In this document: in pieces, positions 29,112-36,740 of the stretch
Position numbering within the stretch: the stretch's first letter is position 1
Layout of the letters: each line of letters starts with the position of its first letter
Origin: an uncultured Candidatus Saccharibacteria bacterium
GTDB lineage: Bacteria > Patescibacteriota > Minisyncoccia > Phycocordibacterales > UBA918
Direction: 5' to 3'
Assembly (NCBI GenBank): GCA_964402035.1
Contig: CAYOAM010000001.1
Span: 179,558-243,557, forward strand
Length of the DNA stretch: 64,000 nt
Program-made: the position numbers and the translations under genes
The notes under the pieces: model-generated
Told to the model about the DNA's origin: nothing
Databases searched by the model: none
The model's input: the letters and a program-made list of their open reading frames with translations, nothing else

Positions 29112-29387
29112 ATGTCCGTACCCCTTGTATCTTTGCTTGCCTATCCAGTTCTTATCTTATTTGGAATTTATTACTGGAAAAAATATAACGATCCTTCAAT
29201 TCCTTGGTATTTGTTTCCCGTAATAGGACTTTTAGTATTGACCGTATCTCAATGGTTTTTAGGTACGAATTTTAACTTAAGTGAGGATGATCAAGCAATT
29301 GAATTTTTAATATTTACTGCTCTTAGGGTCTTAATGGGAGGGACACTTTTAATTGTATTCTTAATAAATTTTTTCAAGAAGAAATGA
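29112..29387 (+). CDS. Putative immunity protein 3b or orphan immunity (3 TM)
   Basis: Same size and topology as the previous ORF; ends FKKK. Confidence 0.55.
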   Translation: MSVPLVSLLAYPVLILFGIYYWKKYNDPSIPWYLFPVIGLLVLTVSQWFLGTNFNLSEDDQAIEFLIFTALRVLMGGTLLIVFLINFFKKK

Positions 29388-29405
29388 TTTTCGAAATCTT
29401 AAACC

Positions 29406-29695
29406 CTAGTTAATTTTAGTTTTAATTTGAAAAGTAATTTTGTCCATCTCTACATTTGATTGAGAATCGTGACTAGCCCTTAATCTTATTGGTACTGAAC
29501 CAGTGAGGATCACCTTGCCGTGGTCATAGCTGATGCTTTCTACAAAATCTATAAGGAACTTCCTTTTTGCTTTAAGGTCGATACTCCTTTCAAATCTTGC
29601 TCGTGTAGTCTCACAAAATATCCTTAAGTTCGCATCGATTATATCCTCATCGTGCAGGGTGGGTATTTGTTTGAGAAGTTCCTTTAAATCAAGGA
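29406..29695 (-). pseudogene. C-terminal remnant of a large serine recombinase-like protein
   Basis: KAKRKFLIDFVESISYDHGKVILTG resembles the 'KR.ll..lI..I.y' tail of serine recombinases; its 5' end is replaced by the repeat array. Confidence 0.5.
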
Positions 29696-29704
29696 AATGG
29701 ATCA

Positions 29705-29769
29705 GAAATGGGGACAGGGACAATACTTTAAACAAAGGAAATGGGGACAGGGACAATACTTTAAACAAA
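29705..29769 (+). repeat. Two tandem 33-bp REP-like units left of the RAYT
   Basis: gaaatggggacagggacaatactttaaacaaa(g) x2. Confidence 0.9.
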
Positions 29770-29788
29770 AGTATTGCATAATATTGTC

Positions 29789-30457
29789 ATGCCTCGCCAA
29801 GCACGTGTTGCGGTGAAAGATGTGGTGTACCATGTCATCAATCGTTCCAATGGTCGAGCGAGGATATTCGAGAAAGACAGTGACTATCAGCATTTTGAGT
29901 CACCGCTCACCGAAGCCCGGGAACTAACAGATATGCGTATCCTTGCATACTGTATTATGCCCAACCATTGGCATCTTATACTCCATCCACGTTCAGACAC
30001 CAACCTTGCTGAATTTATGAGTTGGCTCACCACGACTCATGTCCGCCAGTATCGCACTCGCACGCAAAGTATTGGCTATGGTCACCTCTATCAAGATCGA
30101 TACAAATCATTTCCCGTTGAGACCAATGACTATTGCGCAACACTGATCCGCTACATTGAACAGAACCCATTGCGCGCTCGACTCATTCAAAGAGCCGAAG
30201 ACTGGCAATGGTCAAGTCTCTGGAGACGAGAGCAGGGAAGCGATGCACAGAAGAGGCTGCTTGCGGAGTTACCCACTGACCTTCCTGCAAACTATCTGCA
30301 GTCTGTGAATGAGATACTTAAACCTAAAATAATAGAAAATATTCGTTACTCGGTGAACAAAGGAAAACCATATGGCTCAGAAAGGTGGGTGAGTACCATG
30401 GTGGGTGACTTTGCATTAAGGTATACGCTTCGTGGTCCAGGTCGTCCGAAGAAATAG
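29789..30457 (+). CDS. REP-associated tyrosine (HUH/Y1) transposase, RAYT family
   Basis: MPRQAR, YHVINRSN, AYCIMPNHWHL (HUH), GHLYQDRYKS, RYIEQNP (catalytic Tyr), WQWSS, GRPKK. Confidence 0.88.
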   Translation: MPRQARVAVKDVVYHVINRSNGRARIFEKDSDYQHFESPLTEARELTDMRILAYCIMPNHWHLILHPRSDTNLAEFMSWLTTTHVRQYRTRTQSIGYGHLYQDRYKSFPVETNDYCATLIRYIEQNPLRARLIQRAEDWQWSSLWRREQGSDAQKRLLAELPTDLPANYLQSVNEILKPKIIENIRYSVNKGKPYGSERWVSTMVGDFALRYTLRGPGRPKK

Positions 30458-30470
30458 AAAATATTACACA

Positions 30471-31010
30471 ATGAAAAGTGGAAAAATATTGTCCCTGTCC
30501 CCAATTTCCTGGAAAAATATTGTCCCTGTCCCCAATTTCCTCCCCAATTTCCTGAATCCAGTAGGTTCACTGATTGATTCCGTTACGGCTGCAAAAGATA
30601 AACTGGTGGAATTCCAAAACAGCAGTGACCCAGAGCGAGATGCCATGCTTGCTGATGGAATTATCACTTTTGCAGAGATGGTCGTGTTGCGAAATCGTGG
30701 GAATGTGGGGGATGACGTTATTAGAGAGACTCTTAGCGGAAGTGGGGACATTCGAAGAGTACACAGATTGTCATCAACTGATGCACTCACAACAGGTGAA
30801 CAATTCCTCGGTCCTGGTTATAAACAACTAGGTAAGCCAAATTCAGGTGTGTTTAGAAGCGCTGATGGACTGAGGCAATTTAAGATTGATGGGGGATCAC
30901 TTATCCATCCACAAGGAGCACACGTCAGTTTTGAAGCGTTTAATGTAAGTCAGTCTACTAACCCGTATGCAGAACCGTATGTAAACAATCACGTCTTTTT
31001 AACAAATTAA
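30471..31010 (+). CDS. Orphan toxin tip 4 (no Rhs core), possible nuclease
   Basis: GEQFLGPGY...FRSADGLRQF...HVSFE...NNHVFL resembles polymorphic-toxin RNase tips; the ORF start reads through the repeat array. Confidence 0.55.
   Translation: MKSGKILSLSPISWKNIVPVPNFLPNFLNPVGSLIDSVTAAKDKLVEFQNSSDPERDAMLADGIITFAEMVVLRNRGNVGDDVIRETLSGSGDIRRVHRLSSTDALTTGEQFLGPGYKQLGKPNSGVFRSADGLRQFKIDGGSLIHPQGAHVSFEAFNVSQSTNPYAEPYVNNHVFLTN
30479..30554 (-). repeat. Two tandem 31-bp REP-like units plus a partial unit right of the RAYT, inverted relative to the left array
   Basis: tggaaaaatattgtccctgtccccaatttcc x2, then tccccaatttcctg; reverse complement contains ggggacagggacaata. Confidence 0.9.
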
Positions 31011-31013
31011 AAT

Positions 31014-31331
31014 ATGCAAGAAATTTACTTTAACAGAATAGGCATCCTGCGAAAAAGTATACATCCAAAAGAAATTGGTTGGTATATTACGATTCAAGAT
31101 GATACTCAAATCAGTGGAGGGTGCAAAGTTTTTACTTCAAATAATATTGATTTTGAGTCTGATGCAAGTGACGCAGCAAAAATTGTCTTTGATCATTGGT
31201 ATGAAACAGAACTTCACGTATCTAAAGGCATTGAAGCATGGGGTCGAGAGATTGAGTGGACTAACAATTATATCACCATTGAGTGGGCAGATGATATGAA
31301 ATCATGGAAGTGGAAGAAAATGGATAAATAG
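31014..31331 (+). CDS. Putative soluble immunity protein 4
   Basis: 3 nt after the tip 4 stop; acidic and Trp-rich (IQDDTQISGG, FDHWYE, IEW). Confidence 0.6.
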   Translation: MQEIYFNRIGILRKSIHPKEIGWYITIQDDTQISGGCKVFTSNNIDFESDASDAAKIVFDHWYETELHVSKGIEAWGREIEWTNNYITIEWADDMKSWKWKKMDK

Positions 31332-31385
31332 TAATGTAAATAAGGTATCAACTACCTTTATGCCCAAAACTTCAGTAGCCCCATA

Positions 31386-31508
31386 CTCCAAAACATACAC
31401 CTGGGACTATGCAAATAGACTCACAGGTACCACCATAGGCTCTCTCAGTACCACCTATCAATACAACCACGAAGGTCAGCGTGTATACAAAACCAATGCC
31501 TCAGGCAC
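31386..31508 (+). pseudogene. Rhs core stub
   Basis: Encodes SKTYTWDYANRLTGTTIGSLSTTYQYNHEGQRVYKTNASG, then homology stops. Confidence 0.8.
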
Positions 31509-31591
31509 CACGACGATATACATATTAGTATAAATTCTATATGAAACGGTTTCTGGAATGAATCGGAAAATAGTGACTGTCCTCAATTTCA

Positions 31592-31619
31592 CTTTTTTGC
31601 GAGGTATAGAGTGAAATAA
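31592..31619 (+). repeat. Right direct repeat (attR-like)
   Basis: Identical to 16995-17022. Confidence 0.9.
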
Positions 31620-31620
31620 A

Positions 31621-31657
31621 AAATACCGATTTTGCCAGTGTGGCAGAATCGGCATTT
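31621..31657. terminator. Hairpin just outside attR (probable ancestral tgt or bidirectional terminator)
   Basis: ccgattttgcca-gtg-tggcagaatcgg. Confidence 0.6.
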
Positions 31658-31678
31658 GAGCGATACACCGTCATGTGG

Positions 31679-32023
31679 TCATGGAATCAGTCTTTCGGCA
31701 CATACCTTTGCGGTCGCGCCGCTATATTTGTCGGCGATCGGAAGTCCAACCTTAAGCCATTTCTCCACCTCGGCTGGGCGTTGCCAGTTTGATACTGTTT
31801 TGAGGCTCTGCAACACAATCTCGACATCGGGTCGTTTCTTGAATTGAACAACGCAGATGGCGCCTAAGGCGTCAGCGACTGCTGCGTTCGCTGCTGTCTG
31901 TGCCGAGTCTCTGGCTGTTCCGCTAGTAACCCAGCCGCCCCACCAGAAGCCGACGATAGTTGCAGCAATTACCCCTGCGACCGCACCCTTTACTGCATAC
32001 CAAAACTTGTCAGGAATCTTCAT
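31679..32023 (-). CDS. Hypothetical membrane-anchored protein
   Basis: TM with VGFWWGGWVTSGTA motif; two Cys; AAGGA upstream. Confidence 0.65.
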   Translation of the reverse strand: MKIPDKFWYAVKGAVAGVIAATIVGFWWGGWVTSGTARDSAQTAANAAVADALGAICVVQFKKRPDVEIVLQSLKTVSNWQRPAEVEKWLKVGLPIADKYSGATAKVCAERLIP

Positions 32024-32214
32024 GATGTATTCCTTTCATTCGTTCGTAGAGAAGGGGATCTGCTCTGCCGTATCTATAAGAACAGTAGCATACAATCGGA
32101 TTCTCAGATACAAAATAAAAATAGCCGATACTCGAAGGTATCGGCAGAAAATCGTAAGCTGTTGGAGGGGCGACTAGGACAGTGGACGTCACACAGCCTA
32201 ATCTTTATATTTGA

Positions 32215-32390
32215 GTATGGGGCATTTCGTAGCGCAGGGAGGTGCGGAGCACCCCCGAGGGAGGAGAGCCTTTCAGCTCCCGGCTCAGGTTTATCCGTCC
32301 TGCGTGAACATGTACCGCCACCAACTCCTGGAGTCTTGGCACCCTCACAGGTGACAAGCCTGCCACCTCACTTTCGCAAGGAACAGCTAA
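32215..32390 (-). ncRNA. Candidate structured RNA (family not recognised)
   Basis: GC-rich intergenic stretch with several hairpins, two closed by GAAA loops and using G-U pairs on the minus strand; promoter-like sequence upstream. Confidence 0.45.
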
Positions 32391-32395
32391 AAACA

Positions 32396-32423
32396 AGCAT
32401 ATACCATAGAGTTAGAAAGTCAA
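32396..32423 (-). promoter_or_regulatory. Sigma70-like promoter
   Basis: TTGACT-16 nt-TATGCT on the minus strand. Confidence 0.5.
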
Positions 32424-32456
32424 TAAAATAAAATATTTGCTATACTCTGTGAGCAT

Positions 32457-34499
32457 ATGGATAAATTTGTACTCAAAACTGACCACAGGCCGGCCGGGGA
32501 TCAACCCGCGGCCATTAAAAGCCTGATCGCTGGTGTCCATGAGGGCATGAAGCATCAGACTCTTTTGGGTGTGACGGGGTCTGGAAAGACGTTTACGGCA
32601 GCGAATGTGATAGAAGCAATTGGAAAGCCAACGCTAGTGATTGCGCACAACAAGACCCTCGCTGCACAGCTTGCGCAAGAATACCGTGATTTTTTCCCAG
32701 AAAATGCCGTCCACTATTTCGTCTCATACTACGACTATTATCAGCCGGAAGCGTATATGCCGGTCTCGGATACCTATATTGAGAAAGAAGCACAAATCAA
32801 TGAAGAAATCGAACGCCTTCGTCACGCCTCAACACAAGCGCTGCTCACACGTAAAGACGTAATTATTGTTGCATCGGTTTCGTGCATTTATGGATTGGGG
32901 TCACCTATTGAGTATGAGAAGGTGCATAAAAAAATAGCGCGTGGTTTTGCTACATCGCGCACTGAGATGATCCGCTTTCTCATTGGCATGTATTTTGAAC
33001 GTACAAATGCCGACCTCACGCCGGGACATTTTCGGGCGGTAGGAAATCATATTGAAATCATGCCGACCAATGAGCGATCGATATACAGGCTATCGTTTGA
33101 TAAGGATGGAGTATCGATGATCACCAAAATCGATGCCATCACGAGATCTATCATGGTTGAATCTGTCGATACCTTCTTCCTATTTCCTGCAAAACACTTT
33201 GTGACACCGGAGGGGGAGCGTGCACGAGCTATCAAAGATATACAAGAAGAACTCGATGTGCAGCTTAAGAAATTCGCCGATGCGGGGAAATTGCTTGAGG
33301 CGGAGCGTCTAAAGCGACGTACGACATACGACCTCGCGCTTATCCGTGAAGTAGGCTATTGCAATGGGATTGAAAATTATTCACGCCATTTTGATGGTCG
33401 CAACGCTGGAGAAGCTCCGTACACACTCCTCTCCTATTTTCCCCACAAAGAAGATGGGACTCCAGATTTCCTCACTATCATCGACGAATCACATGTCACG
33501 ATTCCGCAGCTTGCGGGTATGTATGCGGGTGATCGATCACGCAAGGTGACGCTGGTCGATTTCGGTTTTCGTCTACCGAGCGCGATTGATAATCGTCCGC
33601 TCAACTTTGACGAGGTAGAGGAGCGTCTTGGGCAACGTATCTACACATCGGCAACACCAGGTACCTACGAATACACGCATTCAGTGCCGAAGGATGGGCA
33701 GATAGTGGAGCAGATTATTCGTCCTACTGGACTCATTGACCCCTTGATCGAGATACGTCCTATTGTTGAGCATGATACGTATCCAGGTCAGGTGCGTGAC
33801 TTTATAGCGCATGCCGAACGTGTGATCGCTGAAGGTGGTCGAGTACTCGTAACAACACTTACCAAAAAAATGGCCGAAGATCTTTCGGAATTTTTAAAAG
33901 AGCGAAACATAAAAGCAGAATATATTCATAGTGATATTAAGACTATCGACCGCATCATCATACTTACTAACTTTAGAAAAGGTGTGTTTGATTGCTTGGT
34001 GGGAGTCAATCTTTTGCGTGAAGGGCTTGATCTCCCCGAAGTCGAGCTCGTGTCTATTTTTGATGCAGATAAAGAAGGTTTTTTGCGTTCTGAAACATCA
34101 CTTATCCAGACAATCGGTCGCGCTGCTCGCAATGTCAAAGGGAAGGTGGTGCTGTATGCAGATCAGATCACCGAGTCAATGCGGAAATCGATACGTGAGA
34201 CGGATCGTCGTCGAGCACTGCAAGTCACGTACAACGAAAAACATGGCATTACTCCGCGAACGATCATCAAAGCGATCCACGATATTACAGAAGCGATGCA
34301 CACTGAGCATGAAAAGACGCTGGGTACACTGATGGCGATCGACGCAGAACTATATACTGCAAATCCTAAAGCATTTATCAAAGAAAAAAAAGAGCAAATG
34401 CAGGAGGCGGTCAAGATACTTGATTTTGAAACGGCAGCAATACTGCGCGATGAGATTGCGCTACTTGAAGACAAGCCAAAGAAAAAGAAACGCTCATAG
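32457..34499 (+). CDS. uvrB: Excinuclease ABC subunit B
   Basis: PAGDQP, LLGVTGSGKT, FVSYYDYYQPEAY, IDESH, NLLREGLD, QTIGRAARN, DFETAAILRD. Confidence 0.97.
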   Translation: MDKFVLKTDHRPAGDQPAAIKSLIAGVHEGMKHQTLLGVTGSGKTFTAANVIEAIGKPTLVIAHNKTLAAQLAQEYRDFFPENAVHYFVSYYDYYQPEAYMPVSDTYIEKEAQINEEIERLRHASTQALLTRKDVIIVASVSCIYGLGSPIEYEKVHKKIARGFATSRTEMIRFLIGMYFERTNADLTPGHFRAVGNHIEIMPTNERSIYRLSFDKDGVSMITKIDAITRSIMVESVDTFFLFPAKHFVTPEGERARAIKDIQEELDVQLKKFADAGKLLEAERLKRRTTYDLALIREVGYCNGIENYSRHFDGRNAGEAPYTLLSYFPHKEDGTPDFLTIIDESHVTIPQLAGMYAGDRSRKVTLVDFGFRLPSAIDNRPLNFDEVEERLGQRIYTSATPGTYEYTHSVPKDGQIVEQIIRPTGLIDPLIEIRPIVEHDTYPGQVRDFIAHAERVIAEGGRVLVTTLTKKMAEDLSEFLKERNIKAEYIHSDIKTIDRIIILTNFRKGVFDCLVGVNLLREGLDLPEVELVSIFDADKEGFLRSETSLIQTIGRAARNVKGKVVLYADQITESMRKSIRETDRRRALQVTYNEKHGITPRTIIKAIHDITEAMHTEHEKTLGTLMAIDAELYTANPKAFIKEKKEQMQEAVKILDFETAAILRDEIALLEDKPKKKKRS

Positions 34500-34553
34500 C
34501 TTCTCTACAGTTCCTAGTTTTATAAAGAGCCAACGGGCCATATACTAAGAGAT

Positions 34554-36686
34554 ATGAAGCGCGCACTTATGCGAATACCTATTGCTGATGCTACCAAAGC
34601 GGCTGTTGGTAAAAAAAAGCGGAGGGCACGCCCAATTGCAGAAGCCCCAACCTTTAGCGTTGGTATTGTGGATGGACGCATAAAACCATTGGCAGAACAT
34701 GAAGAAGTGACAAGTGTTGAGTCTGTAGTGGAAAAAAAAGTGGAAGAAAGAAAGAAAAAAACCGTTACGAAAAAAAAAGAAGAGCAGCTTGCAGTTTTGC
34801 CCCCACTCGAAACAACACCCATTGAGCAGGTGGTACCAGAACGCGTGGTCACCGTGCGTGCAGAAGGACGACCTTTTTTGGCTTCGCCAGGAACATTTTG
34901 GTCAGTACGCGTTGCTTGGTATACAGGACTTTTGTATGTACTTATTGGCGTGTCCGCTGCTATCCATGGCCTTGGTGGTATATATGTAGACTCATTATAT
35001 ACCGAGACAATGACCGTGGTGGGGCGTAGCGCTACCGCCTTAGTGCTTGAGCATGACATGGAGCGTCTGACTACACCGACTACGAGTGATCTAAACACGG
35101 AGCTCTCGTACACAACAGCACTTGCGCCTGAGGCAAGCGAACTCACACATCCAGTTACACTACACATAGAGTCGGTCCAAGGTGTGGTAGAGGGGATTGT
35201 ACAAAGCACGGTGAGCGTACTCGATGCACAACGTGTGGATCTATACCTGATACCCACCTCGAGTTTGACGCCATTGTTTTTAGGAACAGCAGAGCGCACG
35301 GCAGATACGCTCTGGTCCATAGATTGGTCTTCATTTGATGTTCCGAATGGTGCCTATACTTTACGCGCACGCATTACCAACGTGTATGGTACGTACGACG
35401 GAGCGACGAAGGAGGTGGTGGTACGCAATCGCTACGACAGTACTCCAACAGATGTAACCGCTGCGCTTGCATCAGAACAAATCGCAGGTATAAAAGAGCA
35501 GATTGCAGTCGTCGATGCTGAATTGCAAAAAGAAAATCCTGCACCAAGTCTCCGTACCGCACTCAGACCTTTTTTGGATACGACACAACCAGTCGTAGTT
35601 GCAGAGGAGGTTGGAACATCGACCGAGGAAATGAATCCACTACAAGAACTTTCGATGATGTATGAAGATACGTCGGCGATTTTTGTTGAGGCGACAACGT
35701 CTTCGTCGTCTATCGACATTGGGCAAGCAGAAGCGTTTGAAAAACTATTTGATACGTTGCTGGTACGATTGGCGGCATTTGTTCGTGCGGATAATAAGAG
35801 GGGTATGGATCGCACAAAGGAGGATATTGATACACTGGTCTTTACTACGCTTGAGAATCCGGCATTTGCAAATGCTACATCAACCGATCTCGAGGGACTC
35901 CGTAACGCGGTGCGTGATACGACGACGGCATTAACAGCACGTGTTATTGCTCGAGAGACGTTGGTCCGTGAACGTGTCGGGCCCGTGGTCTTGAGTGATA
36001 CTGATCGTGATGGTCTTACGGGATATGACGAAGTCACTAATTATGGCACGGATCCCTATATTGCCGACAGTGATCTCGATGGTTTTATCGATGGGTCTGA
36101 AATAGCTCTTGGCTATAATCCAAACAATGCAGAGAGTGAATCGACACTAAAATTTAGTGATCCAAGAACTTTTGCGGGGGCGCGCGATGCTCTTGTTTCG
36201 ATTACGATACCTGAAACAGCAGGTGAGGTCGCGACAACATCATCTACGCTCAAGATTTCTGGTACTGGGCTACCACATAGTTTTGTGACACTGCATATCT
36301 ACAGTGATCAACTCGTGGTCTCTGCGCGCACCAATAGTGATGGTGTCTGGAGTGTTGATAAAGATCTACCGTTGCAATATGGTAGCCATACTATTTATGC
36401 CACATTTTCAGACAATCATGGGGATTTGATTGCGGTTAGTGCACCGCAGAGTGTCACGCGAACCGCCGCAGGGTATTCATTTGCAGGTCGGACAACAAAA
36501 GCATCGGAACTATTTTCTGTGTATGTACCGATGGTACTATCTGCGAATACATTTTTACTCGTCAGTGCGCTTCTGGTGATTATTTGTGGGTTACTCTTAC
36601 TTATGATCAGTGTCTTTATCTCGCGTAAACAACAGGAGAGTGAGTCTGTCCCCGTGACATCGCTCGTCGCCACGCTATCCAGCTGA
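34554..36686 (+). CDS. Membrane protein with Ig-like domains and Ca-binding DxDxDG repeats
   Basis: Basic N-terminus, TM, Ig-like domain (VPNGAYTLRA), DTDRDGLTGYDE...GTDP..ADSDLDGFIDGSE, second Ig-like domain, C-terminal TM. Confidence 0.65.
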   Translation: MKRALMRIPIADATKAAVGKKKRRARPIAEAPTFSVGIVDGRIKPLAEHEEVTSVESVVEKKVEERKKKTVTKKKEEQLAVLPPLETTPIEQVVPERVVTVRAEGRPFLASPGTFWSVRVAWYTGLLYVLIGVSAAIHGLGGIYVDSLYTETMTVVGRSATALVLEHDMERLTTPTTSDLNTELSYTTALAPEASELTHPVTLHIESVQGVVEGIVQSTVSVLDAQRVDLYLIPTSSLTPLFLGTAERTADTLWSIDWSSFDVPNGAYTLRARITNVYGTYDGATKEVVVRNRYDSTPTDVTAALASEQIAGIKEQIAVVDAELQKENPAPSLRTALRPFLDTTQPVVVAEEVGTSTEEMNPLQELSMMYEDTSAIFVEATTSSSSIDIGQAEAFEKLFDTLLVRLAAFVRADNKRGMDRTKEDIDTLVFTTLENPAFANATSTDLEGLRNAVRDTTTALTARVIARETLVRERVGPVVLSDTDRDGLTGYDEVTNYGTDPYIADSDLDGFIDGSEIALGYNPNNAESESTLKFSDPRTFAGARDALVSITIPETAGEVATTSSTLKISGTGLPHSFVTLHIYSDQLVVSARTNSDGVWSVDKDLPLQYGSHTIYATFSDNHGDLIAVSAPQSVTRTAAGYSFAGRTTKASELFSVYVPMVLSANTFLLVSALLVIICGLLLLMISVFISRKQQESESVPVTSLVATLSS

Positions 36687-36740
36687 TTTGCGAGTAATCG
36701 TATAACTCGTATACTATGAGGTTCGTGTCAGTCCTTTCTT

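Larger units (their letters stand above)
16995..31619. mobile_element. Genomic island (polymorphic toxin island) inserted at the tgt 3' end
   Basis: Flanked by the identical 28-mer cttttttgcgaggtatagagtgaaataa; contains AT-rich cassettes, a recombinase remnant and a transposase. Confidence 0.8.

Noticed and set aside
29696-29768. N-terminus of the 120-aa minus-strand ORF (FKVLSLSPF twice)
   Set aside because: Translation of the tandem DNA repeat, not a genuine protein start.
29705-30554. CRISPR array
   Set aside because: Units are tandem without unique spacers, there are only two per side, they are inverted around a RAYT, and no cas genes are present.
16995-31619. Prophage
   Set aside because: No capsid, terminase, portal or replication genes lie between the att-like repeats.
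32162-32431. Protein-coding ORFs over the GC-rich region
   Set aside because: Weak starts and no recognisable motifs; an RNA structure explains the composition better.
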